Virus record (IMG/VR): IMGVR_UViG_3300042889_001061
Location: 32,001 to 96,000 of that record
DNA length: 64,000 bases
Strand: one strand, 5' to 3'
Origin: a virus
This document shows positions 29,679-38,715 of the stretch, piece by piece. Made by a program: the position numbers and the translations under genes. Within the stretch, counting starts at the first letter, position 1. The number at the start of each line of letters is the position of its first letter. The notes below the pieces were generated by a model. It made no database searches. It had not been told where the DNA came from and was given only the letters and a program-made list of their open reading frames with translations.

Positions 29679-30803
29679 ATGAAAACAGCAGACAATGTAA
29701 AAAAGACAATTTTATTTTATCAGCCAGATAGATATACTCGGCATGCAGATAGCATCGTGGCAGATGCATATCTCGAAGAACACATTCTTTGTAATTTTTT
29801 AATTGCACTTACCTGGGATGATTTTGTCAGTAAATTAAACTTAAACCCTGACTTAGTGGGTTTTCACTGTGATTTATTTGACAACGAAGAATTAAGTATT
29901 CATCAATTAATAAAAGCAATAGAAATAACTCTCAAGCTAAAAAATAACCAAGCAGATATTTTTGTAAAAGTTAATAAAAAAACTTGTCGAGAAACTATTG
30001 ATATGTTGAGAAACACAAACATCATAGGTCTGCAATTTGATCGGGGAGACTTTGGTTTAGAATATGCCACAGAATCCTTTCGAAAATTACTAACAGATAG
30101 ACATCATTGGCCTGAAGAAGTTATTGCTACATCGTTAGAACATCAAGAAAATAAACGACCTTTGCACGTTTATTTTAGAGATGATATGGAGGTATATTAT
30201 GACCCAGTAAGATTTGTAGAAGTAACAAAAGATATTAATGCTAGATTTCTAATGTGTAAAAGTTTGAATGAGTTAAGTATAGCATTATCCGAGCGTCCTA
30301 AGAATCTTGTATTTCATATAGACATGGTTAGACGGCATGGCGGAACAATATCAGAGTTTATGATGATGTTAGAAACTATGACGAAATACACTAATACAAA
30401 AATTAAACCTAACATCGGTGTTGGTATAGAAGCAGATACACATTTATCGACAATTAAAGAATTACAAAAACACAGAATACTGGCAATAGTACCAAGTGCA
30501 AAAACATTTGGCACAACTAGTACTCGCAGTGCCATAGAAGTAATGCTGAATAATGAATCGCATTGGCCCAAAGACATTATCAGTACTCTTCCTGGCAATG
30601 AAAACAAAGTAAAAAATAAAAATAATAATGCCCTAACAATTAGACAACAAGAAGTATTTGATCTAATTGCTAAACGAGGTCTAAGCAACAAGCAAATCGC
30701 CAGAGTGCTAAATATATCTGAGAGCACAGTTAAGATTCATGTCAGCGCAGTCATGAAGAACCTTTGTGTTAGAAATAGAACACAATTGGCCTTAACGAAA
30801 TAA
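29679..30803 (+). CDS. LuxR/NarL-family regulator with two tandem degenerate receiver-like domains
   Basis: C-terminal LTIRQQEVFDLIAKRGLSNKQIARVLNISESTVKIHVSAVMKNL..RNRTQ; internal duplication (LVGFHCD..HWPEEVI / LVFHID..HWPKDII). Confidence 0.88.
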   Translation: MKTADNVKKTILFYQPDRYTRHADSIVADAYLEEHILCNFLIALTWDDFVSKLNLNPDLVGFHCDLFDNEELSIHQLIKAIEITLKLKNNQADIFVKVNKKTCRETIDMLRNTNIIGLQFDRGDFGLEYATESFRKLLTDRHHWPEEVIATSLEHQENKRPLHVYFRDDMEVYYDPVRFVEVTKDINARFLMCKSLNELSIALSERPKNLVFHIDMVRRHGGTISEFMMMLETMTKYTNTKIKPNIGVGIEADTHLSTIKELQKHRILAIVPSAKTFGTTSTRSAIEVMLNNESHWPKDIISTLPGNENKVKNKNNNALTIRQQEVFDLIAKRGLSNKQIARVLNISESTVKIHVSAVMKNLCVRNRTQLALTK

Positions 30804-30991
30804 TTAACAGCGTATATATCCGTATCCAAAACATCTTCTAATACTGAAGCCAATCTAATACTAAGTCATAGCACAACTTAGTATATTTCCTTTTAAGTAA
30901 TTTAGTAGCAAGCTAGAAATAGATTTTTAGTTTGCACAAACACTAGGGCGTAATAACAGTCCTAGTATTATTTACTTTAAGGAAAAATAAT

Positions 30992-31546
30992 ATGGCTGAC
31001 ATGTTAACAACAGATCCCTTCTTCGCACTTACAAATCAAGTAGCTGGCGTAAGAGAGAAAGTTTCCGATAGCATTTTCGAAAACTACAAACTACAAGTTG
31101 CTCAAACCAACGACATCAACAACCGTGCTATGCAAGTTGCATTACACGATGCTACTGAACTATCTACTATCAAGCAAGAAATTGCTAATGGCACGCTTCA
31201 GACTATGTTGGCTGCTAGTCGTACAGACGCACAGATCGGTGCCACAAGTGCTGCTCAACAACGTTTGATCATGGAACAAGCAGAAGCTACACGTCGTTTA
31301 ATCGTCGACTTGAACACACAAAACTTGAACACAGCGTTGATCAACACAAACACAGCATTGACTGGTTTGGGTGTATCATACGGTGGTTTAGGTCTTGCAT
31401 ATGGTGGCGCAGTGAGTGCTTACCAAAGTGCTAACTCTACATCAGCAATCAATGCATTGAACAGCGCAATCGCTAGTCAAGGTATGGTTACTGTAGGTGC
31501 TGGCGCAGTAGGCGGTACACAAACTGCTACACCAACAAGCGTTTAA
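30992..31546 (+). CDS. Ala/Gln/Thr-rich helical protein with Gly-rich tail
   Basis: Strong SD; tail GAGAVGGTQTATPT shared with 31818 ORF. Confidence 0.7.
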   Translation: MADMLTTDPFFALTNQVAGVREKVSDSIFENYKLQVAQTNDINNRAMQVALHDATELSTIKQEIANGTLQTMLAASRTDAQIGATSAAQQRLIMEQAEATRRLIVDLNTQNLNTALINTNTALTGLGVSYGGLGLAYGGAVSAYQSANSTSAINALNSAIASQGMVTVGAGAVGGTQTATPTSV

Positions 31547-31565
31547 TCGCTAAAGGAGGCCTACT

Positions 31566-31751
31566 ATGTATCCATACTTAGGCGGATATGGTAGAGGCTT
31601 GGGGGGATTCCCTCGAGGCTATCTAGGAGCTGGCATAGGATATCCCTATCAAGGCTTCTGGGGCTACCCAGGTTGTGGTTGGGGCTACCCAGGTTATGGC
31701 ATTGGCTGCTACGGCGGTTATGGCTATGGTTATGGCGGCGGCTTACTATAA
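31566..31751 (+). CDS. Gly/Tyr-rich small protein (spore-coat-like composition)
   Basis: AGGAGG SD; GYPG/GYG repeats. Confidence 0.7.
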   Translation: MYPYLGGYGRGLGGFPRGYLGAGIGYPYQGFWGYPGCGWGYPGYGIGCYGGYGYGYGGGLL

Positions 31752-31767
31752 TCTAAAATAGTAAAGT

Positions 31768-31801
31768 AAGTAGGTTGGCTCATAAGGCTGACCTACTTTT
31801 T
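31768..31801 (+). terminator. Terminator/attenuator hairpin inside island
   Basis: aagtaggttggc/gctgacctactt plus T run. Confidence 0.65.
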
Positions 31802-31817
31802 AATAAAGGAGATTGTT

Positions 31818-32027
31818 ATGTACGGTTATTTGTACCCATTTTATAGAAGTCCATATATTGGAGGTTACGGAGGTTACGGCTATGGCTATCCATACAACTA
31901 TGGTGGCTATTACAACAATAATGTTAGTAATGTTATAGGTAGCGCAGTTGCTAACCAATCAATGAATACTATTGGCGCCGGAGCCATAGGTGGCATTCAA
32001 GTTGCTACACCTACTGTAATTTGGTAA
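31818..32027 (+). CDS. Gly/Tyr-rich small protein
   Basis: AGGAG SD; YGGYG repeats; tail GAGAIGGIQVATPT. Confidence 0.7.
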   Translation: MYGYLYPFYRSPYIGGYGGYGYGYPYNYGGYYNNNVSNVIGSAVANQSMNTIGAGAIGGIQVATPTVIW

Positions 32028-32039
32028 AAGGAATTTAAG

Positions 32040-32780
32040 ATGTATATCAGAAGCACTACACCAAAGCCAACTCCATTACCAGAAAAAGAAAAGTTGTGGA
32101 TTACAGTTGACCCAGATCAACCCAATGGTGATTGTGAACCTCTGCCGCCCGTTGAATTAAAAAATAAAATAGGCGCAACCGATCCATTACCAAGTGTAGT
32201 AATAAATGAAGCTACTATGACATTTAGAATGAATAGTAGAACATTATGGACAAAATACGCATTAGGTCTAGTTAATTTTGCTGTCAGTGATGTTGCCGAC
32301 TTACCCACAACAGACAGTGTAGAACAACGTATGTATAAATCATCTACACTGATAGGTGATTTCTTTGTTCCTTATTATGGTATTCGTGCAGGCAGTGATA
32401 TTGCAAAATTGCTAACTGAGATATTTAAAAATGGTGTTGATGTAGTTGCCGCAGTTAAAAAACAACAAGACACGGTTCCATATCAAATTAAATGGGCAGA
32501 ACAAACAAAAGAACTTGCTGAATTGTTTAATAAATTAAACCCAAGTCAATACCCAACTTCATTATTACAAGAAATGTTAGATGCTTTAACTAAGTTATGG
32601 TTAGATAACATCATTGCTAGATATACTAACAATATTATTCTTAATGCTGAAAGTATAGATGGCATTAACAAATTAGTTATCACTGGTATTGCTAATCACG
32701 TTAACAAAGGTTATCAGAGTTTAGCAGATGTGTTAAGTCGTGGAGTTATTGCTCAATATCCATTATCATTTTTGGAATAA
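32040..32780 (+). CDS. Helical-bundle protein resembling the Firmicutes 'LW..H..W...PYYG...NP...GI..QFP' family
   Basis: RTLW, PYYG, W.....LA..F..LNP, LADVLSRGVIAQYP; paralog at 36428. Confidence 0.55.
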   Translation: MYIRSTTPKPTPLPEKEKLWITVDPDQPNGDCEPLPPVELKNKIGATDPLPSVVINEATMTFRMNSRTLWTKYALGLVNFAVSDVADLPTTDSVEQRMYKSSTLIGDFFVPYYGIRAGSDIAKLLTEIFKNGVDVVAAVKKQQDTVPYQIKWAEQTKELAELFNKLNPSQYPTSLLQEMLDALTKLWLDNIIARYTNNIILNAESIDGINKLVITGIANHVNKGYQSLADVLSRGVIAQYPLSFLE

Positions 32781-32783
32781 GAA

Positions 32784-33023
32784 ATGGCGATAATAAACGT
32801 TCAGTCTAACAAGAATATTGAGTTTTTAGACTTAGAAGTTCACGCTGTCATGTGTGAACAACGACGTCTTGCACTAGAAGAAAAAATTAATTCAGTTGCA
32901 CTTCGTATCAACGATTATGAACAGCAACAACTAGCAAACAAAAGATTAATGCTAGGTGCAATAGTTTCTATTGCTACGGGCATTATCACAACAATAGTGT
33001 CTTTAGTAGGGAGGAATTTTTAA
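32784..33023 (+). CDS. Coiled-coil plus C-terminal TM small protein
   Basis: LEVHAVMCEQR; hydrophobic tail. Confidence 0.6.
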   Translation: MAIINVQSNKNIEFLDLEVHAVMCEQRRLALEEKINSVALRINDYEQQQLANKRLMLGAIVSIATGIITTIVSLVGRNF

Positions 33024-33024
33024 A

Positions 33025-33642
33025 ATGAATCAACTTGAAATAAACAGACAACGAGCACAATTATTAACAACAGCAAGAAATATGCTCAATGAAGAATATC
33101 AACGACAACGCAGTGAGCAATATACTAAGTGGCAAAGCGAATCAAATCACCTATGGATATCAAAAGGTATAATGTTGCCATATCCTAGTTCTTTTGGTTA
33201 TCCCACTGAAGAAGAAGTTGTTGCAAAAGCATTAGAATTATATAACACACAAAATAATAAACCAGTATCAAACACTGGTGTCGAATTACCTAAAACAGAT
33301 GAATCAATGACTTCATCTGTGACAGCAAAACTAATGGAAGTTAGTCACAATGTTCGACCGGTTGTAATGCCAGAAGTACCTGATGTAACACCTTGGGAAC
33401 AATACTTGGTGCCTGAACCAATTAAACAACCAGTACCGATTGTAGAAGAACCTGTAATAGAAGATGTTGTTGCCAAGGAACCCGAACTAATCGTAGAAGA
33501 GGAAGTAGCAGAACCTGAACTAACAGAAGAACAAATAGAAGAAGTAAAAAGTAATTCTAGATTAAGAGGGTTACTGGCACAATTTATTACCATGGCTAAA
33601 GGGCTTGATGCCAAAGCCCAAAAAGATGAAGGAACAAAATAA
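33025..33642 (+). CDS. Hypothetical protein, N-terminal domain paralogous to 38802 ORF, Glu/Pro-rich linker
   Basis: R.QLL..AR.ML...W...[11 protein letters not shown]. Confidence 0.65.
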   Translation: MNQLEINRQRAQLLTTARNMLNEEYQRQRSEQYTKWQSESNHLWISKGIMLPYPSSFGYPTEEEVVAKALELYNTQNNKPVSNTGVELPKTDESMTSSVTAKLMEVSHNVRPVVMPEVPDVTPWEQYLVPEPIKQPVPIVEEPVIEDVVAKEPELIVEEEVAEPELTEEQIEEVKSNSRLRGLLAQFITMAKGLDAKAQKDEGTK

Positions 33643-34142
33643 TGTTTAATAATTTATTATTCAATAGAAGACCATTAAGAAGAGTTATTCGTCGTCCAGT
33701 ATATAGACGTCCTATAATTAATCAGTATGGCGGCAATGGCAGTGATATATTTTATAACAGCGGTGGAGGAGTTGGACCACCAGGGCCACCAGGGCCACCA
33801 GGGCCACCAGGACCACCAGGGCCACCAGGGCCACCAGGGCCTCCGGGCACACCAGGATTAGTGCCAGTAACCGTAGTAAACACAAGTCCTTATATTGCTT
33901 TACCCACTGATTATGATCTTGCTGTTACTGCTAACGCAGTTATACCTGCCAGCATAGTGTTACCAGCAAGTCCTGTTGGAACTGTTTTTATTGTAAAAGA
34001 CGCCGCAGGAGTGGCAAATATAAATTCAATCACAGTATCTGCCATAGCATCGACTATTGACGGAGCAGCCAGTGCTGTTATCGATGCTCCATATGGTAGT
34101 TTACAATTTATATTCAACGGCATAGAATGGAACATAGTATAA
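33642..34142 (+). CDS. Collagen-like protein with basic N-terminus and C-terminal beta domain
   Basis: (GPP)8-GTP; Arg-rich leader; IVKDAAG...IDG...PYGSL..FNGIEW domain. Confidence 0.85.
   Translation: MFNNLLFNRRPLRRVIRRPVYRRPIINQYGGNGSDIFYNSGGGVGPPGPPGPPGPPGPPGPPGPPGPPGTPGLVPVTVVNTSPYIALPTDYDLAVTANAVIPASIVLPASPVGTVFIVKDAAGVANINSITVSAIASTIDGAASAVIDAPYGSLQFIFNGIEWNIV
33774..33854 (+). repeat. 9-bp tandem repeat encoding collagen triplets
   Basis: gg(a/g)ccacca x7 plus two variants. Confidence 0.9.
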
Positions 34143-34693
34143 TGGCATACAAAGCACCACTTGCTTCAACAACCGATTTTGGAATTATGAAAGTCGGCAC
34201 CGGTTTATCAGTTACTGATGGAACCGTTAACGCATCAACCGGCTTACTCAATTATGGATTTTTTGAAAACGGAACACAAACTAATCCAGTGGCCAGTGCA
34301 ATTAATTTAGCATCATTTAGTATAACTGGTCCAGCAAATGGAATTAGTATAGTTGGTGGTACTCAACTTACAGTAGTCAACGCTGGAACATACAACACGG
34401 TGTTTACAATGAATGTAAACAAAACATCCGGTGGCGCCAGCACTATTAGCATATGGCTACGTCTAAATGGAGCAGACATTGCAGGCTCAGCACAAGATTT
34501 AATTTTAACAGGAGCATTGGATACAATCTTCGTTACAGGCAATTATACATTGGATATACCTGCAGGAGGCAATATAGAAATATGCTGGAGTAGTGCTGAC
34601 ACTACCATGCAGTTATTGGCATTGCCAGCAAGAGTTGGTCCAGTGCGTCCAAGCGGCGCCAGTGTAAAAGTTACACTAACAAGAATTAGTTAA
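34142..34693 (+). CDS. BclA C-terminal/C1q-like beta-sandwich protein
   Basis: GIS......LTV..AGTY..VF..N...IWLRLNG.DI.GS...ASV..TRI pattern. Confidence 0.55.
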   Translation: MAYKAPLASTTDFGIMKVGTGLSVTDGTVNASTGLLNYGFFENGTQTNPVASAINLASFSITGPANGISIVGGTQLTVVNAGTYNTVFTMNVNKTSGGASTISIWLRLNGADIAGSAQDLILTGALDTIFVTGNYTLDIPAGGNIEICWSSADTTMQLLALPARVGPVRPSGASVKVTLTRIS

Positions 34694-34702
34694 GGAAATA
34701 AT

Positions 34703-35062
34703 ATGTCTGCAAATTTAAACACAAAAATAGTTACAACAACACCTTACACCGTGTTATCATCAGATGAAGTAATTTTTATGAATGTCCTTGGACCATCGTC
34801 TGTTATATTGCCAGCCAATGGCCTGGCCACAGGTGAAGATTGTTGCGGCGATGATGATGACGACTACAACGGCAAAAAAAAGCCAGTGCTAAAGCGTTCA
34901 TATTACATCAAAGATATTTCAGGTAACTCGGCAGCGAACCCAGTTACTATTACATCAGCAGGATCCAAGTCCATTGACAGCAATCCATTTGCAATCATCA
35001 ATGGCGGATATGGTCATATACAGGTAGTGTATGACGGTACAAACTGGAAGATTATAGGATAA
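34703..35062 (+). CDS. Beta-domain protein, paralog of 33642 C-terminus and 35103
   Basis: PYTV..SDEVI..LPA...IKD.SG....P.TI...ID...GYG....YDGTNW. Confidence 0.7.
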   Translation: MSANLNTKIVTTTPYTVLSSDEVIFMNVLGPSSVILPANGLATGEDCCGDDDDDYNGKKKPVLKRSYYIKDISGNSAANPVTITSAGSKSIDSNPFAIINGGYGHIQVVYDGTNWKIIG

Positions 35063-35102
35063 TCATTCCAATTAAAATTAGTTAATATAAAGGAAAACTA
35101 AA

Positions 35103-35507
35103 ATGTCATATACAAATAACCCAACGTCGATACTTGCCGGAGCAGGTATTACAGTATCACCAACAACAGGTACAGGTGCAAATACAATTACTCTTAGTGC
35201 CAGTGGTATTAATCCTGTGGCAGTTAGAGTTGCAGTTGCAACTCCAGTCGTGGCCAGTGCAACCACAGATGAAGTAATCAGCGTACAAGTTCCTGGTCCA
35301 GTTGCTGTGGCAGTTACATTGCCAGCAGGTGTTGCCGGTAAAGTATTCACAATCAAAGACGGACTAGGATTGGCTGCACCAGCAACACCTATTACTATTA
35401 CACCAACAGTCCCTGACACAGTAGATGGCGCCGCCACTGCTACAATTGATGCACCATTTGGTTCATTGACATTGGTCTTTGATGGCGCACAGTGGATACT
35501 AGTATAA
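35103..35507 (+). CDS. Beta-domain protein, paralog of 34703
   Basis: DEVISV...LPAG..GKVFTIKDGLG...ITI...VDG...PFGSLTLVFDGAQW. Confidence 0.7.
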   Translation: MSYTNNPTSILAGAGITVSPTTGTGANTITLSASGINPVAVRVAVATPVVASATTDEVISVQVPGPVAVAVTLPAGVAGKVFTIKDGLGLAAPATPITITPTVPDTVDGAATATIDAPFGSLTLVFDGAQWILV

Positions 35508-35508
35508 T

Positions 35509-35787
35509 ATGTACAAAAGAATCACTCATACGATTGTCGAGGAACATTTCGACCATCCTGAGGCAGTAGCAATGGCAGCCGAATCTAAATCTAAAGGTAA
35601 AGCCCCATTGCGCTATTATGCTGACGGCCAACAGATAGCATCTGATTTACCGCAGTCTTATCAATTAGCAGTAGGAGAAAATCGCTGTGGCAATTGTCTA
35701 GCATTTGACCCAACTAGAAACGTTTGTAAGCAATGGATGTTACCTGTGCGAGCAGACTATGTTTGTGCCGCATGGACAGTAATTTAA
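35509..35787 (+). CDS. Small protein with shared leader and HiPIP-like Cys motif
   Basis: MYKRITHTIVEEHFDHP leader; CGNC...C...W....V.ADYVC.AW. Confidence 0.6.
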   Translation: MYKRITHTIVEEHFDHPEAVAMAAESKSKGKAPLRYYADGQQIASDLPQSYQLAVGENRCGNCLAFDPTRNVCKQWMLPVRADYVCAAWTVI

Positions 35788-35799
35788 AAGGATAATAAA

Positions 35800-36417
35800 A
35801 TGGGAATTATAAGAAGACCTGAGCCACTTAAAGTCAAACTAGAAGATGTAGATACTCCTGTGGAAAACGAAGTAGTATGTATAGTCGAAGAAAGCGATGA
35901 TGGTAACATTATTGAAATAATATGTGTACCAGAAGAATTTCTCGAAAAAGTCAAACCAGTAGAAGAAGTTCGAGCAGAATTTAAACCCAAGGCTGTGGTA
36001 ACTTCTACTGCCACTGGGGAACAGTTCGGAACTTGGATTCCCGTTTTGCGTAGTACAGGCACAATTGATGTTAACATTAGAAATGCTTTTTATACAAAAG
36101 TTGGACAGTTAGTAACCTGTACATTTGATATAATAGTTACTAACATGTCTGAACGAAATAATTCTTCTATAACGCTGAATGGACTGCCAATTAACAGTAT
36201 AAATTCTCAGGGAATAGCAGGATCTGCTCATTTATCTTATTTTAAAACGCCAACCAATGAATTAACTCATATAAGTGGCACAATAAACGGCAACGATACT
36301 AGAATAGATTTGTGGTGTGAACGACATGGTCGCAAAGGACTATTACCGTTAACTCAACAGGATATTCAAATCAACACAGTTCTAGCAGGAACTGTAACTT
36401 ATATTACAAATTCTTAA
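35800..36417 (+). CDS. Protein with acidic N-terminus and fiber-tip-like beta domain
   Basis: GTWIPVL...YTKVGQLV...LNGLP resembles phage fiber C-terminal domains. Confidence 0.55.
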   Translation: MGIIRRPEPLKVKLEDVDTPVENEVVCIVEESDDGNIIEIICVPEEFLEKVKPVEEVRAEFKPKAVVTSTATGEQFGTWIPVLRSTGTIDVNIRNAFYTKVGQLVTCTFDIIVTNMSERNNSSITLNGLPINSINSQGIAGSAHLSYFKTPTNELTHISGTINGNDTRIDLWCERHGRKGLLPLTQQDIQINTVLAGTVTYITNS

Positions 36418-36427
36418 GGAGAATATT

Positions 36428-37120
36428 ATGTACAAAAAAATTACGCACAACATAGTCGAAGAGCACTTTGACCATCCCGTAGCCAGTCAGATTAAGAAAT
36501 CTATGACTAGATCTAAAATTCCTAATAATGAAGTTTTTTCAGAAATCAAATTTAGATCAGATATAAACTCATATTTCGAAAACTATAAATCACGAATTAA
36601 TTCTATGATCAACAGTGCAACTGGCACTGAAGAAGATTTAATTAAACCATTTGAAGAAATATTCAACAACTCTTGGGTTGATGGTCTTGGCAACATGACC
36701 AAGCCCATATACTTCAGCGAATTAGGTGAAAGAATTAATTCTGCTTTTAGAAGTTTTCCTGTGACTTTATTAATAATGATACAACTCTTAAAAACTGGAA
36801 GAGATATAACTGCGTCAACTCGTAGATTTGTAGGTGCCAGGGATGACTTGTCAATAGCATTAAATAATTTTAATCCGGCTTGGCAAAATACAGCAATAAG
36901 CTCGTTGTTTACGACCATTACAACTGAAATGATAAATCAAGTTAAAGCTCGATTGAAAAAAGATTCCAATGCTGAATTACAATCTGCACAACAAATTGCT
37001 CAAGCATTCGAAACATTTGAAAATGCATTTGTAAATGGAATAATCAGTCAACATCCAGAAAGATTTTCTATATCAACTCCTGTGATTGCTCCAACTTCTT
37101 ATAATAGAGATATAATGTAG
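36428..37120 (+). CDS. Helical-bundle protein with shared leader; paralog of 32040
   Basis: MYKKITHNIVEEHFDHP leader; L..FNP.W, GIISQHPERF. Confidence 0.6.
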   Translation: MYKKITHNIVEEHFDHPVASQIKKSMTRSKIPNNEVFSEIKFRSDINSYFENYKSRINSMINSATGTEEDLIKPFEEIFNNSWVDGLGNMTKPIYFSELGERINSAFRSFPVTLLIMIQLLKTGRDITASTRRFVGARDDLSIALNNFNPAWQNTAISSLFTTITTEMINQVKARLKKDSNAELQSAQQIAQAFETFENAFVNGIISQHPERFSISTPVIAPTSYNRDIM

Positions 37121-37128
37121 ATTATAAA

Positions 37129-37875
37129 ATGTATGCCAAAGATTTTAGAGTAAGAGCTGACCCCGCAGACCGGCGAGATCGTTATTATAATTTTGCCAGA
37201 ATAGAACAGCCCAGGAACTATGTCGATCTTCGACCCTGGGCTAGTCCTGTGGAAGATCAATTACATCTAGGAAGTTGTGTTGGACAAGCAGTTGTAGGCG
37301 CCTATGAATTATTATTAAACAAGTCGGATAGAACCAAGTTTACGGACCTAAGTAGATTATTTGTGTATTACAATGCACGTTTGTTGGATAATTCAATAGA
37401 CGAAGACGTGGGTGCTTATGTTCGAGATGGAATTAAAGCTGTAAACAAATACGGAGTTTGCAGTGAACAGTCGTGGCCATACTTAATAAAACGATTTACA
37501 GATGCTCCTAGTGTTCAAAGCTACGAAGATGCTCGTCGTAGATTGATAAAAAAATATTATAGAATAGAAAGTATAAAAGATATAGTCGATGCACTAAACG
37601 CAGACTGCCCTGTGGTCACTAGTTTTAATGTCTATAACAGCTTTGATGATTTAGAATATTCAGGCAATCACGTATTGCCAATGCCACAAGCCAGCGAAAA
37701 CTTAATTGGTGGTCATGCTGTTACTTTTGTAGGCTATGATTTATCAAAGAAATTGTTTTTAGCAAGAAATAGTTTCGGTACAGATTGGGGTATGGACGGA
37801 TACTTTTGGGTACCCTTTGACTATGCAGAAAAAGACTTTATGGATAGCTGGGTATTTGACATCGAACTAATTTAG
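37129..37875 (+). CDS. Papain-family (C1A) cysteine protease
   Basis: VDLR, DQLHLGSC, SRLFVYYNAR, GGHAV..VGY, RNSFGTDWG..GYFW. Confidence 0.92.
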   Translation: MYAKDFRVRADPADRRDRYYNFARIEQPRNYVDLRPWASPVEDQLHLGSCVGQAVVGAYELLLNKSDRTKFTDLSRLFVYYNARLLDNSIDEDVGAYVRDGIKAVNKYGVCSEQSWPYLIKRFTDAPSVQSYEDARRRLIKKYYRIESIKDIVDALNADCPVVTSFNVYNSFDDLEYSGNHVLPMPQASENLIGGHAVTFVGYDLSKKLFLARNSFGTDWGMDGYFWVPFDYAEKDFMDSWVFDIELI

Positions 37876-37959
37876 GGTCTTGTTACCAGTTTTTCTTTCA
37901 GGTACATAAAAATAGCGATCGAACTAGAACAGCTAGATAAAATACATACGGTTAGTTAC

Positions 37960-38093
37960 GAGTCGCAGGACTATATAATAAGTTACAGACAATAAATAGT
38001 TTATACATTACATACATAGAGAGAAAATTATGAGCATAAACAGTTATGAAATTTGTCTTGAACTATTCAAGATGTCAAAAGAAACACTAGTAA
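37960..38093 (+). pseudogene. Degenerate duplicate of promoter and 5' end of the 38802 gene
   Basis: Near-identical to 38736-38865; MSINSYEICLELFKMSKETLV vs MSTNGYEIRLELLKMSKEML. Confidence 0.8.
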
Positions 38094-38097
38094 ATAT

Positions 38098-38715
38098 ATG
38101 ATGAACAGTGATTTTTCTATCATAGAAGATTGTAGTCCTTATTATATAAGATTTACGCACAGTAATATCGATGACATTATAAAATTAGCCAATGATGCAA
38201 TAGCAGAATATACGTTTTCTGAAAAATGGACAGTTCAAAATCTTGACTATGCTGTAGTAAAAAAAATAAAAAATCTCTGCCCGTTATTCGACGCCTTTGA
38301 TCTGTCAGTACATCGTGTTAGTATGTTTGTTTCCCAACCCGGACTTTATTATAGAGCACATAAAGATGGTCCCAATCATAGATTTAGTATAAACTATACA
38401 GTTAAGATTTTAGACAATAAATGTGTTACTAGTTGGTACAGCGATGAAGACTTACAAAAATATCCAATTGATTATCTAGGTGGCAGGTCAAGGGAATGTG
38501 TGGATTTTGATAAATCTGCTCATACGCCTTTGAAAAGTATGGTTGCAGTTCCGGGGGAATGTATATTATTCAACACTGATATATTTCATGCCTGGGATAA
38601 TCAAGCTAGCAAAAATGAAAGAATGGTATTAACATTAAGATTGAAAGATTATAGTCAACCTAATTCTTTTTTCCAAGATGCAAGAGATACATTATTAAAA
38701 TTAGCAGACAAATAA
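38098..38715 (+). CDS. 2OG-Fe(II) oxygenase/cupin-like protein
   Basis: HKD...FNTDIFH...R..LTLR. Confidence 0.6.
   Translation: MMNSDFSIIEDCSPYYIRFTHSNIDDIIKLANDAIAEYTFSEKWTVQNLDYAVVKKIKNLCPLFDAFDLSVHRVSMFVSQPGLYYRAHKDGPNHRFSINYTVKILDNKCVTSWYSDEDLQKYPIDYLGGRSRECVDFDKSAHTPLKSMVAVPGECILFNTDIFHAWDNQASKNERMVLTLRLKDYSQPNSFFQDARDTLLKLADK

Noticed and set aside
32040-32780. Acetylglutamate kinase function
   Set aside because: No amino-acid-kinase motifs; the name is a likely mislabel of the family it resembles.
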